Source: Tubulanus polymorphus
Taxonomy: Eukaryota > Animalia > Nemertea
Reading direction: 5' to 3'
Assembly: GCF_964204645.1 (NCBI RefSeq)
Contig: NC_134031.1
Location: forward strand, 16,789,807 to 16,853,806
Length of the DNA stretch: 64,000 nucleotides
The notes beneath the pieces were generated by a model. It worked only from the letters and a program-made list of their open reading frames with translations. It made no database searches and was not told where the DNA came from. Every line of letters begins with the position of its first letter. Within the stretch, counting starts at the first letter, position 1. The translations under genes were made by a program, and so were the position numbers. Shown piece by piece: positions 1 to 12,000 of this stretch.

Positions 1-3000
1 AGACGGACAGCCTGCTACGGTTGAAATACATGATCTTGAAAACATGTTCGCCGATACGTCCGAAGTAGAAACGCTTAGAACATTCCCCGGTCCTCTAGTC
101 AAGTGAGTAATAGAAAGGTGTCTGTTTTCGCCTTCAGAGCTGATGCTTTACGAACCATTTTGAGGGTTGATCGAATTACAAATACGTTTATTTTCAGTAT
201 TGAAACTCATAAGAATGACGTGCTATCGTTCTGTCACCACCAAGCGCGAATGCACCACGAAAATGTTAACATGATCGATCGTAGCTCGGCGGAATTATTG
301 TGGAAATATCTGGAATTACTCATCAAACAAAACGGAGTGAGTACAAAAAAACATCTCGAGTTTCTAATTAAAGATCTAACGATAAATCGATGAAGTTTAT
401 TTCTCAAATATATATGAATATGAATATAAGTATGAATATGAATGTTCAATTGCATATCAATTTGAAACTTTTAACATTTGAGGAGGACACCTCTGAGCCC
501 TCAGAGCTGTTATAAAGATAGATAAATAAATGGATAAAAAAAGGTGCTTAAGGCGATGATGATAGTAGAAATAATACTGTGGTAATAAAAAATGGAGAAA
601 CAAGAAAAAATATTGATAATGAATAATTAGAATAACAAAATAAGAAAAACGATGAAAATCATGAAAATAAACTGATATTTTATTTTTGCGGTATAGACTG
701 TGATAGGCACTGATATTGCTGAATTACTGCTGGATGGACACATGCCGTCGTCCGATGAATTTCGACGTACCGGTATACCGATCGTGATGAGTCACGCGAA
801 CCTGCAGGATCTACAGGCGTCCGGTATGGTCGAACTGCAGGAGGATAATCTCGTCGTGACTAACGACCGCGCGTCGGTGAACGCTGCGCCGGCGACGACG
901 CGGGGTCAGCTGTCGATCGACGATGCCACCGATCGATTCAGACATTTACTCTTATATGGCCGGAAAAAGGTGCGTCGCCGAGAAATATTGCAAATTTTTG
1001 GAATGAGATTCTGGTACATAATAGATGGCGCAATGATACGTTACTTGTAGTTGAAATCGGTTCATTTTCGATGATATTTGAACTGTGTCTTTTAAAGCTC
1101 CCAAATTCGAATATTATCAAACTACTAACCATCCAACCAACCAACTACTCGCTTGCTGCAGTAGCAGTGCTGGTATCACCTTAATTTGAAATCCTGTGAT
1201 ATGCATACAGTTAAACCTTAGATCGTTCGATACTGATAAATTTATATAATACAATTACATCAGGTATAGTGCAGCAGCTGGGGTCAAATTTTGACAGAAT
1301 AGTTAGTATAGTATAGTTTATTTTGCATAATAGATTGATACAAAGATATGTAATTATACAATATGATACAGTGTGAAGATATAATAACAATCAATCATGA
1401 ATCCATGAATTTTGGCTCAAGGTCTGAAAGTTTCACAATTAGAAGAAAAGTCGGATGGTTCTGAAAAATATGGAACACAGCGCCAAGCAAGAATACCGTA
1501 TTTGAGAAGTGCTTAGTATTGTTTTGTTATCTGTTTTAGGATGCATTAGAATCGGCCGTGAAGAATCACCTATGGGGTCACGCTCTTTTCCTTGCATCGA
1601 AAATGGACACTAGAACATACGCTAATATTTTAACTCGGTAAGTGTCGTATTCTCATTGAAATATAACGGTTTTCTCATTCTTTCCGTCGTGAAATATTAC
1701 TAAAAGTCGAAAACATTTTCAGATTCGCGAATAATTCAATGAAGATGAACGACCCGTTGCAGACGCTGTATCAGATAATGTCTGGTCGTCAGCCGTCTGC
1801 CGTAACCGGCGTATCGGATGATAGATGGGGGGACTGGCGTCCGCATCTGGCGATGATTTTATCGAATCAATCCATATCGAAACCGGAACTGGATAAGAAA
1901 AGTATTTCTTCATTAGGAGATACGTTAGGTAAGAGTTTCTGGAGCAGACGCACGGCAGATTTGGACAGGAGCGCTAAGAAATGCGAGAGGCATATCGTTA
2001 AATAGGGCAGTAGCCGTACTCAAGCCAACGCAATGTAGGGATCTTGAAAATTTTGAAATTTCAGTGCATTTTAATGCGATATCCAGGCACTTGAGTTACA
2101 TTTAAGAGAAAATAGGCATCAACCAAAGTTTTGTGCACGCTCTCTTTTTGCTGTGGGTGGAAAAATTGGAAAATTGCTAGTTGTGATGCCTTATGCTTCC
2201 CTCTGGGTTTGATTCTTTGATCGGTTGTTCACTTTGTTTTCCGATGCTGAATATCAGTTGTTCGTATATATTTCAGCGTCGCGTGGTTGTCTACACGCCA
2301 GTCATTTCTGTTATTTGATGGCTCAGCACAGTTTCGGCACGTTCTTGAAGAAGACGTCGAAGCTCGTGTTGATCGGTTCTAGTCACGTGTTACCGTTCAA
2401 CGAGTTCGCGTCGAACGACGCCATACAATGTACGGAGATCTACGAATACGCCGTAGCTTTAGGGAATCCGCAACATGTGCTTTATCACTTCCAGGTACCG
2501 GTATAATCGATCTATACTAGAGCGATATAAACATTCCGTACTAAGAATGAAAGAATTGAGTTCGAAAAGTTTTCTCGAGGTATACCCTAGTTTTTTCATC
2601 TTCATTCATTGTTTCGACTATGTCCTAATAGTCATTGTAGTCATAGGATATTATGGAAACATTAGATAATCTATACCTCTAAGATGGGGATTTTATATCT
2701 TCACAACACTGAATTATTCATCAATGGTTACTAATTTGAGTATATTTGCTCTCATTCTTTTCAATTACAGCCATATAAGTATATCTACGCTACGCGTCTA
2801 GCCGAAGCCGGTCTGTCGCAGGAAGCGTTACATTACTGCGAAGTTATCGCCAACACCGTTTCATCGAATCCATCTGTGTACAATCCGATATTCGTCAAAT
2901 TGCTCTACGAAGTAAGCTTCCGCGCGAATGCGAGTTGTTAGTATTTTATACCTCTTACCGCGCACGTCGTAATCGTTCAATTTCGTTTTGTAGCTTTCGA

Positions 3001-6000
3001 GTCGTTTGAAATACAGCGACCAGAACCGTATGCAATACGCCGTATACGAAGATCCGATTTGGTTGCAACGATTGGCTCAGGTCGTCGCTGCCTTTGACGT
3101 AAGTTCATTTCGAATAAACAAATCGTCGTATTTTCATCGTGATTGATTTTATCATGAATTATTTACTCGTCTACGCAGGATGGAAGTTTACAGCCAGTAT
3201 CCGGTGTCGTAACCCCAGGTTACTCGTCGACTACTGCCGGTAGCGAAGCCGGGGATGTTTTGCCGCCCGATAATCAGCAAACTGATCAGGACTCGCATAA
3301 CCAATCACAACAACAACAACAAGGTACATTCTTTCACAGTTGTGCCGAATAAAGCAGGGTCCCTACGATTATTTGATTCCTTAAAAACTCTTTCAAAACG
3401 GAAAATGCTTTTAATGGTGCTTGAAACTCCTTTGATTTGAACAAATTGCCCAAAACTCCTTCAATTCTGAGGATAGGCCTTTAGAAATTTTTGTCTAGTT
3501 TGTAGTTGTACATAGTACAGTAAACTACGCCTAAATGGATACAGTTGGGACCAGGATTTTTTTACCCAATTAGGCGGTTACCAAATAAGAACCAAAGTTT
3601 AGTTAGTGTAAAGGATTAACATTTGCTTACAAAACCACCGAAATAACGGTTTACCAAGATAAACAGTACAGTGTAATTAGGATATGAAACTGACACACCT
3701 TGAAATATGAAATTTTCACCTTGAAAACTCCTTGAAAACTCCATTTATCCAGGAATGGCTGATCTGTAGGGATCCTGTAAAGTAGAAATCTTTCAATCGA
3801 AATTTAGCTATTGATATTTTAATCTAATCTAGGTTATTACGGTTACTACAATCAAGAGGGTGGAGACCAGCAGCAGCAGCAGCAGCAGTGGGCTCAATAC
3901 TACAACCAACAACAAGTTACTGCTACAGGGGACCAACAACAAACTGGTTCGTAATCCAAGCCAGCCAGCTCCACCAAACAAATTCGATAAACTTCCCATT
4001 CTTATTTACTCTGAAAATTCGTTGAATTCAATGTACTTGATTTTTATATCCAGCTGTAAATGCGTTACTTGGAATTTCATTACGTTTTAGATGTTACTGC
4101 TCAACAACAACAACAACAAGACTGGCAGCAACAATGGCAACAACAACAGCAGCAGCAGCAGCAGCAGCAGGGTCAGTACTACGACGGGCAATATTACAAT
4201 CAGTACCAACAACCGCAACCAACTGATCAAACTGATTCTCAGCAACAGCAACAGGTTTGTATCAAATTTCTATCAATCTCATTATTTGTCGAAGAATTTT
4301 GATAATACGTACTGAACTTCGGTATTTCAGAGCGTCGATCAGGTCGATTACGCCGGACAGAACGTTAATCTCGGAAGTAGTATGAACAGTAATTACACGG
4401 CTACGAGCGATCGATCTGAAGATACCGTCAGTCAATCTCCCGAAGCGGCTGCCAGTTCGTTCGATTACTACGGAGCTTCGCAACAACAGGTAAAACTAGA
4501 ATCGTTCTAACAATCGTTTTTTGTGATAGTTATTCGAGATAACGGAAGCCACCGTGAATTTATCTATGATCCTTCGTAACTGGCTCCTTTTATCAGGTTG
4601 ATATTAGAACCAAATTCCTCTCTGAACTCTTATGTTATGGTCGAAGATTTCATTCTCTACGATGAATCCCTGACTCGGTTCCCGCGGCGTTTAGCCAAGC
4701 CGGTGCTATTTTCTTATGATCCAAATTGGAGTTGATTATAGACTTATTATATAGTCTACTGTAGCTATTCCTTGCTTTTGATATTTCTTATGACGATATG
4801 TTACGAAGCATTATGTTCGATAGTTATAATCCGCTAACTTTATCCTGCTATATTCTGGATATATCTATATAAATAGATGAATGATTAATATGGCTGATGG
4901 TTTAGGGGTGTGTGAAGGTGAAGGCTTTACTGTTTATTGCATGCTTCCTTTTCTTCTAACGTTCGTTTCAGTTTTCAAAATTACCTCCGCTGTCGATCAG
5001 CAACACGACATCGAGCTCGCCTCACGAGCTGTCTCCGGGCGGTGGCGGCGCTAGCACGCCGGACACGGTAACTAACAGTGTCTCGTCCCCTCTGTCATTG
5101 TCTCGTAAATCAAGCGTCGGCTCGACGTTGAGCAGTAGCCTTGATCGCCAGATGGCTAAGGAGGTGGGTAGTCGCGTATGCATGGCTTTTAAACACAGGG
5201 GTCACTCTTGCGAAATACTAAGCACGTTACTTACAATTTCTTCAATTTCTTCTGATTCTTCCATATTTTGCTACAGTTTTAAGAGTGGCTCCTGCCGGTT
5301 TTTGTTCCATCGTTTGCTATCGTGATTTTCATGCCTGATTTGTTTCTATCATCGCGAGTCTGATTGATGCATGTGTATTATGCTATTAATGATGTGTAAA
5401 TCATGTTAATCGGCATTTTGATTTGATTGTATGTTATACATATAATCAATATTTCTGATCAAAAACAAATCTATTCAGACTCTTTTCTTTTTTTCCTCTC
5501 AGCAAGCCCTTTACTTAATGCACCCATTGTGTGAGTGTGTATATATATATATATATATACAGCACCCTGCACCTCTTTCTTTTAGGAGTCATCCATTCCC
5601 AGTTCCTCCCATTCTTCTGAACGACTTCCAGATGTTGTGTATCCGAGTGTTACCGCTCCTAAATTCTGTGAGAAATCGGAATGTAGCGCAGTTACTGCCG
5701 CGTCAGCTTCTAACGCGGTTAACACGAAAACTCGACACCGCCCAGACAGGACAGATAAGCAACAAAACTGTTCAATGTTGACTCTTTCTAGATCAGAAAA
5801 TTGTGTTTCACCTTGTGATATTGAAAATTTCGATATCTCTACAACTCCTACTTTTAGTAGTTGTCATAAGACACTATCCGTTGATTCCAAGCTCACCGAA
5901 AAAAAACAAGAATGTTGTATCGCTGCACTAAAACCTCGTAGATTATCGGAAATCGTTCCATTTCCCGAGAGGAAGGTTAACAAATCGAAAATTATTCGCC

Positions 6001-9000
6001 GTGGGCAGACGACGGAATTGTGTCGTAAAGCGATGGTCAAACAAATTCGCGATCGTTTGAAAAATCTATCCGTAAAAGTTGCTGCGTCGACCGACTGCTG
6101 CAAGCATCTCATCGATATTAGTAAGAAAACTTCAGATGAGCAAGGATTAATGACCGAATCCGAACAAGCTGAAATTATAAGTAGTGAAAAGTCGGAGAAT
6201 ATGATTGAACCAAACGTAGGGAATGTGATAAAGGATGAGGATGGAGCGCCTACTTGTCCGTTGATTCAATCTTGTGTATCCTCTGTTGTACTACAGTCAG
6301 TGAATAGCAGTGATGTAGAGATGATTACTGGTAATGCTGAGAACCTTTCGAATAAAAGCGCTATGATAGCAGATTCTAAAGAAGAAGAGCTATCAGAAAG
6401 TATAAGTGTATCGGGTATCCGAGAAAACAAGGAAGCGTCGACAGAATGTGAAATAGTTGGTTGCGATGAAACTCGGAAGCCTTATCAACCACTTTTACAT
6501 GGACTCACTCATTTAGACAGAACTTTGTCGCCGAAACAAAGAATACAAGTGCAGCTAGAGTTGTTTGAGAAAATCAAATCTGTGAACCAGCATGGAAATT
6601 ACCGGTATGGTAGCACGTTCCCTATAGATGCGCCTTTAGAAGAGTCTGAAGATGTCGATCGGCTTTTAGATGATGAGAATGTCGAAGCTGCGCCGATGTT
6701 TCAACTACCGATCTCGCGAGCGATCGAGTTCATCGGTTCGACTAACAATACCAACCGGTTCAATCTCTCTCGGCAGACGGATGAGAAACAGGCGTGGTCG
6801 CCGTGGTTACAGATTCGCAATCGGTCGTTGATCGAAGATATTAAATACAAGAAGGATTTCGCCGCTTCGAAGACGTATCCGGTAGATGAGCCGTTAGATG
6901 AACGCGAGGTCGCTGAAATCATAAAAGATAATTCTGAAAATACTGAGAAAGCTCATAAAAATTCGAAGGAAAAGCCGGATGTATCTGATGAGAACAATAA
7001 TGATAGCTATACGTCTACCGATATCACGGGTCACCGCAAAGATCAGATCTCTGAGCGGGAAATTACAGATTTAGAAGACGATATCCGGGAATGTGAACTT
7101 TACTCGCCGTTACCACTTCCGCGGATAGATTCCGATTTCAATCTTGACGAACAGTTTCCGCTTATGAATCGAATCGTCCATTGGATCACGGAAGTTATGG
7201 CTCCCGATGACGTTACTAAAAATCTGAAATCTGAATGAAAACAGCAAAAACATGTAAAGAATACAGATCATTTTAACTACGAGATGTGTTTGAATTATGT
7301 ATGCATTTACTTTATTGTTTGCCATTTTGTTTGATTATATTTTTTTCACTAAGTTGTTTATATAACGGAGTTAAGTAATTGTAATTATATTCAATAATTT
7401 GCCTTTCGAGTTATGTATGAATTTTGTTGGTTCATGTCAATGTCTGAGGTTCTCCATTAAAAAAGGAACTTTGATATTTTTGATATTAATAAAGTTCGTT
7501 TTACAGTATATACTCGGTGTTTTTATCTAAACGATATTATGGAGCTTTTCCCGTGGTGAAAAATCGTGAGGAATCTGAAAACACACACCGTTTTCCCGCA
7601 CTGCTTATGAAAATCTTTTGTATTTTTATTTTTCAAAATTTCACATGGCAATGTGCACCTTATTTGTCGTATGTTTTAAAACATTTTGAAGTAATGCTAC
7701 GTATGCATGTTACGATGTTATTCATGATTGTTGCATTATGATTTGTGTATTTTTGTTAGGCTATGAGGAGATTGCGTCAGACATCAGTCGGATCGAACAG
7801 CTCGTCACGATACAGCCAAAGTCCAGTATGTTACCACAATCTGTGTAATATGTAACATCTATCTTATATTACAAATCTCATCATACTTCACTGATAATCA
7901 AGACCGAAATCTCTCCAAGAATTAGCGAGCAGCTCATTTCGGTCGTCGGAATGCTTGCGGTTATGTGATTGAATGAAAAAGTGGTCAATTAAATACACTG
8001 CTCTCTAAAAATTCATGCTACGCTTCATCCTCATAAGTCAGTGACTCAAAGCATGGACGTATAAACTAGTTTATACGTCCATGCTCAAACCTGCACTAGC
8101 TTAACACTGCATACACTAGTCACTGACTGATAAGGATGGCTATTTGATAAGTTTCGGACAGTTATTCACATTTTATTTCACCCTTCTAATGTTATTTGTA
8201 ACGCAGTTTCGAGTTATTGATAAGACACTAATATTGCCGCTTTATATATATAGTCTAGTATTATAGACATGCATGTGTGCTTTATATGATAACTATTGTT
8301 GTAGCAGCTGTGTGCATGCGTTCTCATTTGAGGGGCATTTTTTTGTTGTGTAAATAAAGAGAAATTTACTGTTAACGTTTTACTCAATTTTGTTATGTTT
8401 GAACATTTAGGTGATGGAATGTAAAAATATTATAAACCGATATCAAATTCGTTCGAATTAACTTCGCCATATTATCTGTTAAGTTTTTGGTTACATAGCT
8501 TTTTTTTTCGTCCAACAGCCTGGATCGTTGCCGGGAAGCCCTACCGAAAAAACACCCCCTGGTGGTCAGTCTATTGATAACAAATCGCCGACACCGACGA
8601 TCACTGCCGCCAGCAACCAGTCCAATTCACAGGTATGAATTCGAAATTCGGAAATCGGTATTCCTGAGAAAAGAAGATACTCAATAGAATTTCAAATATT
8701 TCTATCCTCAGGCCGGATGGTTTGGTGGACTCTTCAATAGATTTGCACCGAAGAAGAAAAACGAAATTAAACTTCCGGATGATAAAAATCCGACTGTAAG
8801 TATAGATTTACATATAATAAATACGCTTTTTACCTTGAAAGAAATATCGTTATCGATTCTAATGAAGCTTGTTCGTGATTTTCCCACAAATATTTTTTTT
8901 TGCATCGGTGGTGGCTTAAACGGATTATATCTAAACCTATCACGTGGCACTGTTTAGTTATTTGCCCAATTTCCTACATTATTATTATTATCCATGACCC

Positions 9001-12000
9001 GCACAAAATAAGATTAGACTGAGTTGATTTCGACCTCGCGCTAAAGAAGTTCATTGCTGTTAGAATCAAGGTTCTTACAGACCGGGGGAAATCTGTGTAA
9101 ATTCAGGGAATTCCAGATTCATTTTTCCCTGCAGGGGAAATCCGGGAATTCTGACTCGTCTTAAAAATCTGGGAATCAGAATTTTTGGTGTCTTGTTATT
9201 GTCGGTGACGAGTAGCACAAGGAACCTCATTGACTTAACTGAGGATATCTTATGATTTGAGAATTTTTGGTCGAGGGTCAGGGAAATATCAGGAATTTCA
9301 GATTGCCTGATCCGTAAGAACCCTGTAGAATAGCGCTTGTAAACCTTTCACGCCTACTTATCATACGATATACATAATACAAAACCGTGAAATATTGCTC
9401 TATCGTTACGTAGGTTGTGCCACGTGATGGGGGAACTCGGCCACCTGTCGCTCACACGAACAGACCGCCGCCACCGCCTAAATCCGCAGGTACACGTACA
9501 GTTTTTCTTTTTCACGTCTGATTTCCTTCCAGATCATCTGGGATCCGGTGAAAAAACGGTGGACGAACGTCGACGGCGACGACGAAGATGAAACCAACGT
9601 GGCGCCGCCTCCCAAAGACATCGATCTCATGAATAAAACGAGCCCCGCTAATACGACAGCTACCTCGGCGGCGCCCATTTCAGCCCAACCTACACCCGGG
9701 GCTCCACCACCTTCCGGTAATAGGTTTGCCCGGCAAAAAGTAAGAGGTGTGTGTTGATCTAACAGCCGTCCGTAACGCCGGAGCATCTATATCCAACATG
9801 TTTTCTATGATACTGTGAAATTTTGACGAATATTTTTTGAACAGAATTGCTGAACGTTTCCCTTTGATTTCAGGTGCGCGTGGTCAGTACGTAGATGTAC
9901 TTAAAGGATCGAGTACGGCTGCACCTGCCGCACCTGCTAGTCTGTTTAACGTTATGCCGAACTCGACCGCTACGCCTGCAATGCCTAATATATTCATGCC
10001 GGGTAAGAATCTAAAATTTATAAATCTATGTTATATTTAGCTAAAGTTTTAGGTATGTATGGTATAGTTTATTTCATATAATATCTATTTGCAAAGATAT
10101 TTGATAACAATATGGCACATATCAGTATGAAAATATAACAGTAATAGATAATACAACGAGAAAAGCTTAAGTTGGCTTAAAGTAGTCCAAATACCTTGAC
10201 TAGCAACTTATTTCCATCGAGTACTGTACCCTTTCCTATGGTTTTTGCCAATATTTTCTAAATTTGGATTTATCGCCAATGGTTTTTCTATACGACCCGG
10301 CCCTGCGGTATTGCATTTAGCCACCGGCGAAATCCGCCATCTTTTTTCTTGGCGTTCTCGCAGTAGAACGCGTTGGATTTTTTCGCCGTAAAAATCTGGG
10401 AATTAGGATATTAGGGAGTTTTCACTCTCGTAACGGTGAGTCCGTTCGGTTTGGGGGTTATCCCTGATTTCTTTTTTTCCGTAAGAATTTTATTTACAAA
10501 TATAATTTGATTGAATTGAATTGAATTGTTTTGATTTGTAACAGGATAATTATGCCACCCCCTCCTAAGGGTCAGCATCGTGGCGGGGAGGGATGCGGGC
10601 ATTTGTTTGGCGCCTGGGACAACCACGATTCATGTGCGTCGTGCAGGCGCAAATCCGGTCAAATATGTGCAAGGAGCAATCCTTGCAATATTTGCGTCGT
10701 GTGGTCCGAGGACCTTTGGCTTCGGGCCGATAAGGCTCTTAAACTAAGAGATCGTCGTCGAGTTAGCAGGGATTCGTCGGTTTCGGCCGATGTGCCAACC
10801 GACGTTTCTAATCCTGTTTCTTATCGTAAAGCGGAGCGGTCGCCGGTCGTTCAGGTACGATCGGCTTCCCAACTCCGTTCACCGGGGAAGAACGCTGGTT
10901 CACCGGCACCGGTCTCCGGTCATTCACCGGTCTCTGGTCGTTCACCGGTTCGGCCGGTTCGGCCGGTTCAGACTACATGTTCGGAACCGAGCGCGCGCCG
11001 CGGTAGTCGCGAACGGCCCGCACCGGTTCGGTCGGTACCGGTCCGGTCCGGGTCGGGCATCGGTCCGGTTCGGTCCGGTTCGGCCACCGGTCCGGTCCAG
11101 ACGTCGTCCGGTACAAAACATCCGGTACGTTCATCGTCTGATTCTGATCGTCGCTCCGGGGATAGAGCTCGCTCTCCCACTAGATTTAGACGCCGGGAGC
11201 GTAATAAACGAGCAAGATCTCCTTCTCGCAGATCAAGGTTTGATCGCGAGAGGGACTACGATCGTTATTGTCGGAAGTTTCGCCGTCGGTCTTCTCATCG
11301 TTCGTCGACGTCGGTTAGCGATGAAAGCGATTCTTCTAGTAGGTCACGATCCCGTTCGAGGGACCGTCACCGAAGTCGGCATGATCGTCGGGATACTGGA
11401 AAATACCTGACTCAGAAGGATTTCCATGTATTTGAGGAGAAAATTTTAAACTTGTTATCTTCGTCGCAACAAGTCGCTGCAACTTCTACAACAGGTAAGC
11501 CTATTCCTGATTGTCCGGTTAGAAGTTCGCCAGCCCACTCAGTTTTTCGGAATTCTGACTCTGAATTCCTGGATGCTGCGGTAGGGTCTGATTTCAATGA
11601 GGATCCGGTCCCAGAGGCGGCAATTCCTTCTGGGGTCGTTCCTGTCGCAAGCAATTGTGGGTTGCCCCAGACGATGGGGGCTTCCCTGGCTCGCAATGTA
11701 TCTCCGTCCCGTTCAGTTTTATCCGAACCAGCGGGGGACATGCCATTTAGAGCGATGATAAGTGAGTTCTTTGTCAAGCACGGGGCAACTCGCGCTAAGC
11801 CCACAGCAGCTCCTCTGGTCGGTGAGTCAATGGAAGCTTATCGCCCTCCGGACTCCGATCTTAACGTTTTACGGGAATCGTCAGCGGTTTCAAGAGAATG
11901 GGCTCGATTGGATACGCAATTATGGGGTGAATGTCGGCCTGGAACTTTTTCATTTCCCCCTCCAGAACGGGGTATGAAATCTGGGAAATATTTTAGTTCA

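Noticed and set aside
5503-5530. Possible 28-nt microexon (cag|...|gtgagt)
   Set aside because: Good splice signals, but it shifts phase and gives an immediate stop if joined to 5586. At best a poison exon; unsupported.
10790-11410. 206-aa alternative-frame ORF within gag
   Set aside because: By-product of the GC-rich CCGG repeats, which lack stop codons.
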